Shown: positions 35,701 to 46,832 of the stretch, one piece after another
How the letters are laid out: every line of letters starts with the position of its first letter
Position numbering within the stretch: the first letter of the stretch is position 1
From: Paraspadella gotoi
Taxonomy: Eukaryota > Animalia > Chaetognatha
NCBI GenBank assembly: GCA_051294375.1
Contig: CM119270.1
Span: forward strand, 959,238-1,023,237
Direction of reading: 5' to 3'
DNA: 64,000 nucleotides
Notes under the pieces: generated by a model
What the model was told of the DNA's origin: nothing
What the model saw: only the letters and a program-made list of their open reading frames with translations
Databases searched by the model: none
Translations under genes and position numbers: made by a program

Positions 35701-38627
35701 TTTTGACTTTCTCTTTTGCTGTTTGAAATAGTTTAGAGATGAAAAGAAAAATTCGTTGGAACAGCAATTTAGTTTTTATTAATGTGTACATGTTTCGACT
35801 CTTAGTGGTACGAGTCTTCTTCATCATTTATTTGTTTTATCAAAACAAATAAATATCCTCTATTTTATTTTCATATCTCCTTCTCTCTCTCTTTTCTCCT
35901 TTAATTATATGTAGCTCTCTCTCTCTCTCTTTTCCCCAGTGCTTATTCATCGGAAAAAAAACGAGTCTGCAGCTGGCTCTGCAGGGGCTCTTTCTGTTTC
36001 TCTCTTTTCTCCTGCTGCTTCTGCCTTTTGATTTCTTTCTTTTTTTCTGGCTGCCTATGCTGCTGCCGCTGCTGATTCGTCCGAAAACGATTTGGCTTCT
36101 CTCCCTCTCTCTTCGTTTTTATTAAAAAAAAAATTGAATTAGGATTGAACTCGTAAAATTAGGCATCGCATTCGTGCATTTATCATTTTGCTATCGCAAC
36201 ATCGGGTTTTTATTTCGTTTTTTTTCTCAGGGGCTGCGTCTGCTGATCAGTTTATTTTTTGACAATGAAATTTTTTTTATTGACAATCGCAAAATAGAAT
36301 TTTTCATTCTTTTTATAAATTAATTTTCTTTTCTCAAATTTTTTTTTTAGTATCAAAATTTGTTGTCAATCCAGATTTTTCTTATGCGATTGCGACGATC
36401 CTTATGGTTTTAAGATTTTTAAAAATAAATTTACTATGTGAAAAATTTGAATACTTTCAAAAGTGTTCCGAATTAAACCGCACTACCCTATTGGATGTTA
36501 TCGCGACACAATCCGCTTTGATTATTTTCGTCTCTCCCAATTTTTATTTGTCTCATATTTAACTGTAGCAGATTAATTTATAGATTATTTCAAATGAGAT
36601 TGAGTTCCTTAATCTCATTTGCATATTGTCATTCTCATACAGCTATATCACCCTGTTATATAATTGATTCATAAACCCAACCCGCGCAGAAACTTCTTGA
36701 GTTATAAGAATTGCAAGTCTCAAAGTCTCAAAGAGACGAACTATATGTATGTAAACTAATATTACATTAAAAAAACTGCACGTTAAGCCTCCCATAAAAT
36801 TACTTCATCTCAAATTTATGACCTGTGCACAGCGAATGCGACGTTGACGTTGACGTGAAAAGATCTCAATTTTTTTTGCATGATTGTTTAATTTGCTTTC
36901 TGGTTAGTTGTTTTTCGGATTTCGTTTACAAAGTAGAGAGTTTTTATTTTGATTAAACGACGATTTAATTTGTTTCGGTTCTTGTTCGAACCTTCATCAG
37001 CGCAATCGTTGTTTAATCAAAATAAAAACTCTCTATTTTGTAAACGAAATTTTTTTTTTAAATATTCACGTCACGAGACGTTTTATTCCATGTCAAATCA
37101 CGGGATCGTTCCTTTTTTTCATTTTTCTTCAGTCATCCGCCGCCGCAGGAAAATCTGATGGAATCGATCGAACGATTTTGCGAATCTCTTTCGATCCACA
37201 TCGACATCTCTTCCTCGGGAGCGCTGCAGAAGTCGCTGCAGAGCCTCGTTACAGCCGACGGCTTCTCTGCAGCCAGGCTCCAGGTTGGAGAGGGGCGTTG
37301 GGATTTTGACTGAGCCTGGTATTATATGACCGAAGAACTTGAGACCTTGTTGTCCATCCCAATAGCCTTTCCTCGCCCCTCCCTCACTTCCCCTTTCCCG
37401 CCCTCCCTCACTTCCCCTTCCCCGCCCCTCCCTCACTTCCCCTTCCCCGCCCCTCCCTCACTTCCCTTCCCCGCCCCTCCCTCACTTCCCCTTCCCCGCC
37501 CCTCCCTCACTTCCCCTTCCCCCTCTCAGGTTCTTACGGCGATGTTCGCTCGTCCGATGCAATTGGCCGAATATTTCTGCGCAGGCAAAATCGTCGACCC
37601 GATGACTATCATCACTACGCCTCAACGTTCCCTCTACACTCACTTCACCAGCCCCATAAGAAGGTAGCCGAGTCGAGTTTTCTCCTTCGAGATGTTTTAT
37701 GTCATTGCATTAAACTTCTCTACCAATAGTGACTTTAATTTCATTTCTTGTTCCCATTTGCAAGTTGTGATTAATCCAATCTTTTTTTTTCCCCGCCAAG
37801 ATACCCCGACGTGGTCGTCCACCGAATGCTGAAGGCGTCCCTCTCTTCGCCGCCGACGCGGAATCGAGCCCGGGATCGATCCAAGTCTTTCTCCTCGACG
37901 GCGAGTCGCTGCAACAAGATGAAGGCGGCGGCGAAGAAGATTTCCGAGGCGAGCGCCGAGATTTTCTTCGCTCTTTACGTCAAGCACTGCGGACCGGTTG
38001 AGGAAAAAGGTGAACGAGGGAGTCGTTGGGCTTTTATAGTCTTTGTTGTAAAGAGATTACGTTCTATACAGTTTACATTATGTATAATGAACAATGTGGA
38101 CGATCATAACAAGCAGAAATAGGGAGGGGATGCTTCACGGTTGTCTTTCGTGGTCGAAAGTCGGCTGTTTCGTTTGTGAACGAAACAAAACGAAAACAGA
38201 AAAAATGAAAGGAAATGAAATTATTAAGAATACTCAATTTCCACTCCCCCCCCCCTTGACTGCAGCCATGGTGATGTCCCTCCTCAACCGATCCTTCGAC
38301 ATTCTCCTTCTCCAATCCGGCGTCACCAAACGCGTCTATCTCGATCGCTGCGGCCTCGAGTCTTATCGCCTTCTTAAGAAAGAGGGCTCCCCGCCGCAGC
38401 TGCGGCTCAAGTGGCCGCCGCTCGACGCTGCGGACGCCGCGGAAGACGTCGAGAACCGCGACGCCGCTTCCGCCGCAGCCTCGGCAGCTCCGGCCGCCCC
38501 GGCGCAGCTTCGGATTCAAACCATCGACGTCTTCGATCTCGTCGACGTTGTCCTGAAGACTGTCGACGAGCCGCTCAAGTTCTCCGCCATTTTGCGTCGT
38601 CCGGAAGTCGAAGACGATGAGGGATGA
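28638..38627 (+). CDS. DIS3L2: DIS3-like exonuclease 2 (RNB family 3'-5' exoribonuclease), about 12 exons
   Basis: [41 protein letters not shown] motifs [47 protein letters not shown]. No N-terminal PIN domain is seen. Exons ~28638-29210, 29564-29653, 29748-30338, 30666-30867, 31146-31212, 31449-31576, 31660-32218, 32358-32524, 37133-37283, 37530-37663, 37801-38009, 38266-38627. Confidence 0.93.
34018..34098 (+). ncRNA. Twister ribozyme, circularly permuted type P5 (tandem copy 1)
   Basis: TCATGTAG-AAA-GTGG-GA-TGG-ACCGGG-T^AA-CCC-GC-CT-GTAGGC atgg GCCTAC-TG-CCAGA-TCCAAAGC-TCTGG-A-CTACATGA. Closing stem TCATGTAG/CTACATGA, P3 and P4 stems, T1 pseudoknot CCA:TGG, T2 GC:GC. Predicted cut 34044/34045. 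Confidence 0.85.
34468..34548 (+). ncRNA. Twister ribozyme type P5 (tandem copy 2)
   Basis: Same sequence as 34018-34098, 450 nt downstream; predicted cut 34494/34495. Confidence 0.85.
36583..36628. repeat. Fullest copy of a dispersed short palindromic repeat containing ATGCAAATGAGAT
   Basis: CAAATGAGATTGA-gttcc-TTAATCTCATTTGCATA; partial copies near 2275, 3782, 5862, 14372, 26660, 45557, 45740, 48436, 51548, 52614 and 58330. Confidence 0.75.
37372..37525 (+). repeat. C-rich minisatellite (~22-24 bp unit CCCTCCCTCACTTCCCCTTCCCCG) directly upstream of a splice acceptor
   Basis: About 6-7 tandem copies are visible. Confidence 0.9.
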
Positions 38628-39275
38628 AACGGCGCAGAGTGGGGGGGGGGAGAGCGTTGTTGTTGTTGTCCGTGGCGATTGGTGTCCAGTTGCCATTTTT
38701 ACTTTTAGAATTTTTGTTGTTGTTATTTTGTTGGTAGTAAATCGCGGTCTGTTTTTCGGTAATTTGTGCTTTTCGGAATAATTATAATTATAATTACTCG
38801 CTCAGTCCTTCTATTTGTCAATTGTTCTTTTTATTTTATTTAAAAAAATAATAATAATAAAAATAAAACGGTAGAAAAAACGGTTTTAGAAGTTGCTAAT
38901 GATAATCGGCTCACAAATTGTTGAAAATGCAATTTTTTTATCGTTTTGAAACGTCGAGGGTGCGCGGCGGCCAATTTAAATATTTCAAATGTTTCTTTTT
39001 CGCCTTGTACTTGGAAATAAAAAAAAAAAGGAACCTCCTAGTCGTTAACCGTTTTATATTTAAAAAAAATGTATTTACACGTTCTGTTCCAACAGTCGGG
39101 AAACGTGCTAAGCCCTAAGTGGCTGGAGTTAGGAAAAAGAGAAAAGGGGGAAACGAGAGAAAGGGTAAACGATTCCTCTCTCTTCCGCAATCATAAAAAC
39201 AAAACAAAAAAAACCCTTTTTTTAAAACAAAATAACATCTTAAGAATAAGAAAGAGAATCAACCCCGTCCCCAAG

Positions 39276-42200
39276 ATGGTGCTCCATCCGCTCGAGTTCA
39301 CCGACTGCCTCCACGACAGCCCCTACTTTCGCGAGAACCTCCACACTCACGAGGCCGAGCTGAGTCGGACGAGCAAAGCCATCAAAGGCCTCATCAAGAA
39401 CTGCGAAGAGGCCTTCGACTGCGCCCGCGCCCTCTCCAAGGCCCAGCGCACCTTCGCCGACAACCTCATCAAGTTTAAGTTCGAATGCATCGGGACGACG
39501 GAGACGGACGACGAGCGGGCCATCACCGAGTCTTGCGAGAGGATGGGACAAGTCTTGGCAAGGTGAGAGGAGAGAGAGAGAGAGACGGAAAAAAATGAGA
39601 GAGTGGGTGTTTTAAAGAAGGACTTTCCCACATCATGTATATTTCGGTTTCCCAAATACCTCTCTTTCTCCAAAAGTGCCATAGTCCCGTATATGTTCTC
39701 ACCATGCCGCGACATCCCCCACTTCCCTCCATTCTCTCACCATCACTCCCACCACCCCCCACCTCTCTCCAGCATCGAGGACACCCGCGACCGTCTGATG
39801 GACAAAGCCCAGGAGCAGTTCATCCAACCTCTCCGCGATTTCCGCAAGAAGGAGATCGACGAAGCGACGGAGATGAAACGAAAATTCGATCGTCAATCCG
39901 CCAAATTCTCCGCCTGCGTCGAACGCTACTGCGGTGTCAGCGTCAAGAAGGGCGACGGGGCGTTGGAGGACGCGGAGGCGGCGCTCGTCGCCGAGCAGCG
40001 CGGGTTCTTGACGTCGTCGATGGAGTACGTTCTCACGCTGCAGAGGGTGCAGGTGAGAGGGAAATTGGGGTTGGAGAAGAACGGAGGTTTGCTCTTTGCA
40101 TATTGCGCCGATTTCGTTGTGGTTTTAACAGTCGAAATTTATAGAGATATTCTTTGAATCGGGGTGGTAAAAAAAGGCATTCAAGGTTTCAAATGTTTTA
40201 CAAAATTTTTAAAATGACGACATTATTGATAGTGAAAGACCCATCGTAAAATTGAAAGTTTTAGAATTGCTAATCTAGGCTACGAGTTTTTTCATTTTAT
40301 AATTATTTTAATATCATTTTCTCTTTTTTTTTTTACTCCCTGCTTTCCCCCAACGCTTAGGAAAAGAAAAAGTTCGAATTCGTCGAGATCCTCCTTTCCC
40401 TCATCCAAGGATGGAAGACTTTCCATCACGAAGCCTACGACCTTACCCAAGACTTTCAACCTTTCCTCGTGGATCTCGGCCACAGACTCCAACTCACCCG
40501 GGATCATTTCGCCGTCAACTTCGAGTCGGCCGAACGCCTCATGCGGAAGCTTCTCTCCGAGCGCAACTCGGTCGCCGGCGCCGTCCCTCGCTCCACGGAG
40601 ACGTGGAGGAAGCGGCGCTCCACCGTCGGCGCCACCAAGGAAGGCTACCTCTTCCTCATGGACCGAAAACCGTGGGGCACGACCTGGGCCAAACATTACT
40701 GCGCCTACAAGAAGCAGAACAAAGTTATGACCATCATCCTTTACCAACCGGGCAGCTCGCGAGGGATCAGCTCGACGGATACGTTCGTGGTGACGTCCTG
40801 CGTGAGAAGATCTTCCGATTCCATCGAGAAGAGATGGTGCTTCGACGTCACTTCGCAGGAGAAGGCGCATCAGGCGTTTACGTTTCAGGCGCTCGGGAAG
40901 CAGGACAGGTGAGGGAAAGGGAGGGAGAGAGAAAGGGGATCAGCTTTTTTGGTTAGTGACCACAGTTTTGTAGAGTGAAAAGTGTAAAGGCTGTCTTAGC
41001 CCTACGTGGGGGTCGTCTCTCCGTCCTCCTCTCCGTTTTGCTGCAACGTAAAGAGACTGACGTGCGCGTCCCTCGTCTTCGCCGGAAGTGGGCGCGGCCC
41101 TGCCGGACATCCGCTCGCCGTCTTGAGGGAAGAAGAGCCCGTCGACGCCGGATGGGGCGACGTGGACCGTGGTCGACGAGGTCATTAAGACCCTCTGTGG
41201 TCTCCGTGGCAGTGGGTCAGTGTCTGAGCCCCCTGCCTCCACAAGTGTATTCACAAGTCTATCTCAAAGAGAAAGAAAGTGGAGAAAATCTCTTATGTAA
41301 ATGAAGAGAATGAACCACGCCAATCTCTCTGCAAAAAGACATCTTCGTCATCTTCGCTGCTGTCGTCGTCGTCGTCGTCGACGTACTAATTGTTTTGACC
41401 GTCTCATTTGTCTGAGAAAACGAACTTTGCTATAGTTCTTATTAGATTATGTATGATTACTAATCGATAGGTTAGTATTTATACAGTTTCTCTTATCTTC
41501 GATGATAATGAAATGTTTCCAATCAATATTTCCTTGCAAAAGGGACGAGTGGTTGGCGGCGATGGAAGGCAAGGAGCCCGACTACGCCTCCTTCCGCCCG
41601 ACGCCGGCCAAAGCCAAGGACGACGCCGACGCCTTCCCGCGTCTCGACGAAGAAGGAAGAATCTTCGTCGCTCGTTGCGTCCAGATCGTCGAGGCGCACG
41701 GGCTGGAGAATCAAGAGGGGCTCTATCGGGTCGTCGGCAGCGCGGCCAGGGTTAAAAAGTGCGTAGAGATAAGGGATAAGTTGTATTGCATGTTGAAATT
41801 AAGGTATATTGATTGGTGATTGAAGAACGATAGACGGTTTCCTGCCAATTTGATTAGATTAACTACCTCCACAGGATGGTCCACACCTACTTCTTCGGCG
41901 CCCCCGGCGTGGCCCCTCACTCGATGGAGACGCTTCAAAAGGAGTCGGCCGACGTGAAAAACGTCACCAGCGCCCTCAAGCATTTCCTCCGCTCGCTGCC
42001 GGAGCCGCTGCTCACCTTCGATCTGTACTCTTCTTTCGTCGCCGCTGCTCGGCTGGATTCGCGGCAGCAGCAGGTCGACGCTGTAGCGGATCTGGTGCAG
42101 AATCATCTCCCGCCGCTCAATCGACAGGTAAGAGTAGGGAGGAGAGAGACGCATGAAAATTATACGTTTTTTTATTTTTTTATTTTTTTTATTAACAATA

Positions 42201-43706
42201 TGTCAAACGCTCCAAAAAGAAAATACATGAATTATAAGGTTTTACATATCAAAACGTTAATCTGTTTGAACTTGTCCTTTTGACTTTCTTGAGTAATGAG
42301 TATTTACTCTCTCTCTTTCCCGAAAGGTCCTCGCCCTCCTCCTCCGCCATCTGGTTAAAGTCTCCGCCTCCAGCGACCGCAATCTGATGACCCGTTCCAA
42401 CCTGGGCGTCTGCTTCGGCCCGACCCTCTTGCGCAGCGAAGAAGAGACGATGGCGTCGATCATGGACATCAAATTTTGCAACGTCGTCGCCGAACTGCTC
42501 ATCGAATTCAGCGACGTCGTCCTGAACAGCGCCGGTAACGCCGCCCTCGATGGCGCCGCTTTTCCGTCCGGCGTTCGTCCACGCCCCGCCGGTCGTTCTC
42601 CCGTCCCGGGTCGTCGTGATAAGCGTCCGGCTCCGACTCCGCCCAAGCGTCCGCCCAAGTTCCCTCCGACGTCTCCTCCACCGGCGCCGCCTCCGAAGCC
42701 GACGTCGCCGCCGCCGACTCCCGGCGTCGGAAATCCTTTCGCGTCCGGCGAAGAATCCCTCAGTCCGATCACCGATCCCTCCAACCCATTCTACGTTCCG
42801 CCGCCCGAGGCCGAGAACGACTACGCCAGAATAACGCCGCCGACGTCGCCGCCACCACCGAAGGCGGACGGCGTCTCCGGCGCCGTGGATAAAAGCGGCG
42901 CGGCGCCGGAAGACGCCGGTTCCGCACACTCTCGATCATCTTCGGCGTCTTCGGTGGAAGTCGAGGCCATAGAACTTCGTTTCCAATTCGATCGCAATAA
43001 CAACGACAACGAAGACAGCCACGACGACGCCTGTCGTGCGATCGAAGACGTCGTGGACAGTGGCGCCGCCGTGACTGAGTCGAAGACGTTAGAGACAACA
43101 ACAGCGTCGACGACGACGACAACAACGAAAACTCTGTCTCAGTCGTCGTCGCCGCGTTGTTTGACTTCCTCCATCGACGAAGGGCCAGTCTACGCCGTCG
43201 TCCAAAAGGTGGACGCGTCGCAGAATCCGTCGGCCGAGTCGCCGACATCATCCGTCCCCAAGACCGACAACAACGACAACAACGAAGAAGAGGATGAGGA
43301 GGAAGAAGTCGTCCTTCGCGACGCCGCCAAACGTCCCGTCGCCACGCCGCGTCGCCTCCGCCCCGTCTCAGCGCAGCCGCGTCCGGCGCTGCCTCCGCCA
43401 CCGGCTCCTGTTGCTGCCGTGTCGGCAGCTTCCTCTGCTGCAGCTTCCGTTGCCGACGACGACGAAGGCGACTACGACGAAGCCGGCGTCGTGCAACCCA
43501 ACTCATCGTCCAGAGCCTCTCCACGCGCGCCGTCGCGGCTGAAAAAGCCCCAGCCGCAACCACGCCATTCCGCCGTCGGGGGCGTTCCCGGGGACGGGAA
43601 AGAGGCGTGGGTTCCGCCGCTGACGCCTAGAAAGTCGAAGACGCCGGAGGTCGGCGGCGGCGGCGGCGAAGACGACGACGACGTCACAAAAGAGAACTTT
43701 GTCTAA
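39276..43706 (+). CDS. BAR-PH-RhoGAP protein of the GRAF/oligophrenin family (ARHGAP10/26/42/OPHN1-like) with Pro-rich tail and no clear SH3
   Basis: N-terminus MVLHPLEFTDCLHDSPYFRENLHTHEAEL, PH domain (KEGYLFL...DSIEKRWCFDV), GAP domain (EGLYRVVG, SALKHFLRSLPEPLLTF, NLMTRSNLGVCFGPTLLR). Exons 39276-39562, 39773-40052, 40361-40908, 41543-41758, 41875-42127, 42327-43706. Confidence 0.92.
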
Positions 43707-44781
43707 AGTTTGTTCGTTCGTCATTTGTTGTTTACTTTACTTAACTTAAACAAATTTATTCTCTCAGTATTTTTTTTTTCTTCCATCCGCGAAATCTTTT
43801 TTTGTGTGTGTGACCGACTCCGCTGCGTGCCTTCTAACTTCGTTTCGCTTCCGGAATCCGGAACGAAAATAGTCCAAGCGCTTCCGATAAAAGCGTCCTC
43901 CTCTTTTTAACTAGTCTTTATCGTCGTCGTCCTTTTCGTCGTCGTCGTCTCAAGTCAAATTTATACATCAATCATGTATGTATACTGTGTATAGTATACA
44001 ATGTAAACAACTATAAATGAATGCTTTTTAACAAGAGCCTCACCGGTCCCAGTCCCAAGTGCCTTTTGTTTTTTTGTGTTTTTTTTTAACGTAAAAATCG
44101 CGCCCGTTTGTGCCCATTTGTCTTTTTATCGTTTCGACATGTCCCGACATGTCGCGAAATCCAGAGCCAGGTCGTTTGTCTTCTCCCGTGCATGTTTTGC
44201 GCATGCGTGTTTTCGTTTTTTCTATGGTTTCATTGTTAACGTTAAATAACTGTTGAAGCTTTGCTTGTAGTTTTGATTGTAGTTGTTTTACCGAGGAATT
44301 TTATTTAATATCCTGTGTTGTGGACGCAGTGTACGATTTAGGTTTTATTAGCGGCGGATTAAATACTCAGTTTTGCTTTTATTTGGTGTTGAAGTTAAAA
44401 AGCTTGAAAGTTGAACGTATATTTTATACATACATACATGAATCAGAATTGTTTTAAAGAGTTTCATGTCGGTTTCGTACATAAACTGATTTAGTTTGAC
44501 TGAATTTCTTAGCACGCTTTGATCGAAAATCGTTTATAAAAAAAAAAATCCCTCCTGATCAGTTACTTAATTATCCCTAATAATTTCTTTTTCGAGTGAT
44601 ATATTAATACGCATCTCTGTTGAATCAGATTTTTTCTAGTCTTTTAACGGTTATATTTTTTCTATTTTCAAGTATTTTCTTCGTCGAAGGTTTAGAAAAA
44701 CAAAATCAGTAAAGATTATTATCGTGTTAAAAAAACCTAAAAACGAAACACAATAAAAACATAAACACCCCCCAAAAAAAG

Positions 44782-46428
44782 ATGCAGAACTTGGCGGCGA
44801 ACCCTGAACCCATGAGTCTTGGCTCTCCGACTTCCCCACCTCCTCCATCCGGTGGTCCGACGACGTCTCCTTCCTCCGCCCACCATTATCTTCCGGGTTA
44901 CCTCCTGGGCGATTTCCCCTCCGTCGCCCATTCTCCCTCTCTGCCCGCTCATCATCGATCCTCCTGGTTGAGCGGCGCCGGTTCCTCCCACTCTCCGCCC
45001 AAGGGGCTGCAATTGGCGCCGTCCTTGCATCAACCGTCGCCTCAATCGGCGCCGCCCGGATTCGCTTCCACGTCCGGTATCCGCTCTGGCTTTCCGTCGC
45101 CGGGTCGTTCCGGCGTCGCCCTCTTGCCTTCTCCTTCGTCGGTTGGGCGAAAGGACTTCAAACCCGGCGCTCCTCCGACCGTCGGACTCTTTGATCACGT
45201 GCAGGCGTCGCCGGCGTCGAATTTGCATCAGGCGGCGTCGGCAGTAACCGCAGGAGCGCCGTCGACGCCGCGCGTGAGCAGCGTCTCCGCGGATTCATCC
45301 TCATCGACGATTCGTCGAGATTCCTCTCTATTTGGTTCTTCGATGATGACGACGGCGACGACGACGACGAGTCCCGAGGACGAAGAACATTGGGTGACGG
45401 TCTTTGGATTCCCGCCCGCCGCAGCATCTTACATTCTGCAGCAATTTTCGCAGTTTGGTAACATAGTGAAGCACGTGATTTCGCCGACGGGAAATTGGTA
45501 AGTCGTGTAAGAGATAGATTCTTAGAATAATACTAAATAAGATTGAGATTTCATCAATCTCATTTGCATATAGTAGTAAATCATTTTAAGTCCAATTGAT
45601 TTTTGTACTGTATTATTATTAGAAATATTTTTGGATTTTACAATGCTTTTCTGAGGACAGGTTGAGGTAGTGGAGGGGATTGAGTCGCGGTATATTTCAC
45701 CGACTGGCAATGTGTATCTGAGTAACTTGTGGTTCGTCTTAAATGAGATTGATTTCTTCAATTTAATTTGAATATTGTAGCAATTTAGAACATTTCTCAC
45801 ATTTTCTAAAGCGTTTCCGTCACATTTTAGCCAGAACCGAGATACCAGGGATTGAACCCGGGGACACGGTAAAGACGAAACGCTGAGAATCGATCGTGGC
45901 GAAGATTGAACTCTCTCTTCTTTTCCCTCCCTTTTCCCTCCCTTCCCCAGGATGCACATCCAATATCAGTCCCGCATCCAAGCGCGAAAAGCCCTTAGCA
46001 AAAACGGCAAAGTCTACGGCAACAACATCATGGTGGGCGTGTCCCAATGCCTCGATCCTAACGTCACTTCCTCCAACTCTAGCGACGTTACTCTCGGCGG
46101 CTGCGAAGTCGGCCCCAACTCTAGCTTCGCCTTTTCCGGCGCCGTTTCGGGTCCGGCCCATCCGGCGCTCTTTAACTCGCCGGCGTTGAACTGTTCGTCC
46201 CCGGCGTCTCTTCCCGCTTCTCCGATGTTGTCGTTGTCGACGTCGCGAATGACGAAGACGCGTTCCATGCGGCCGCTCACGTCCTCCTCGATCCTCAACT
46301 CCTCCGTCAGGGAGGAAAGGGAGGTGCTCAGTCCCGCCTCCTCTGGCGGGAGAGGAGGAAGAGAGGCGACCCCGCAGAAGGAGTCGGGATTCTTGTCCAA
46401 AACCGTCGATTATTTCTTCGGCTGGTGA
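44782..46428 (+). CDS. NUP35: Nucleoporin Nup35/Nup53
   Basis: EPMSLGSP...[11 protein letters not shown]-like [25 protein letters not shown]...[25 protein letters not shown]-terminal amphipathic [10 protein letters not shown]. Exons 44782-45497 and 45951-46428. Confidence 0.95.
45807..45900 (-). mobile_element. 5' part of the same SINE family as 835-1073, ending at the predicted twister cleavage site
   Basis: Minus strand GGGTTCAATCCCTGGTATCTCGGTTCTGGCTAAAATGTGACGG matches ~939-982; then AAacgcTT-T^A, after which the motif stops. Confidence 0.7.
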
Positions 46429-46832
46429 CGACGACGACGATGACTCGCGACCAACGCTCGATTTTTTTTTTAAAGCGAGTGGAAAATTGTGCCATTTTTT
46501 TATCTTCATTATATTTTTAGTAAAAAAAATTATCCAATTTTTTTGAAATCTGCGGTTTTTATTTTAACGGATGCAATTGTGACTAGTGACATTGTATTAG
46601 CTGAAGAAAAAAAAATGAAATTCCGACCGAAACAGAAAACTCCAAACTAAATGTCAGATTAGCCAGAAATTTTTCTTGAATTTTGTGTTTTTGATCTTTT
46701 ATTTTTCCATGGACTTGGCCGACTTCTAATGTGCTACCCATTCGATGGGTAATTTTTTTTTTTTATCTTCTTTTTATTGTATCGCGATTAGGAATCCAAT
46801 TGAACTACTCTCCTTCCACCTTGACCTTCGCT

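Larger units (their letters stand above)
32678..36488. mobile_element. Non-autonomous DNA transposon with ~27-bp imperfect TIRs; hosts the tandem twister element
   Basis: Left GGGTAGTGCGGGGTAATTCAGAACACT; right end reverse complement GGGTAGTGCGGTTTAATTCGGAACACT. AT-rich interior, no transposase recognised. Confidence 0.65.

Noticed and set aside
37580-37640. Apparent divergence of the DIS3L2 [18 protein letters not shown] motif
   Set aside because: Explained by three single-C losses in C runs (net frame preserved) next to a C-rich minisatellite; most likely homopolymer sequencing errors, not recoding or pseudogenisation.
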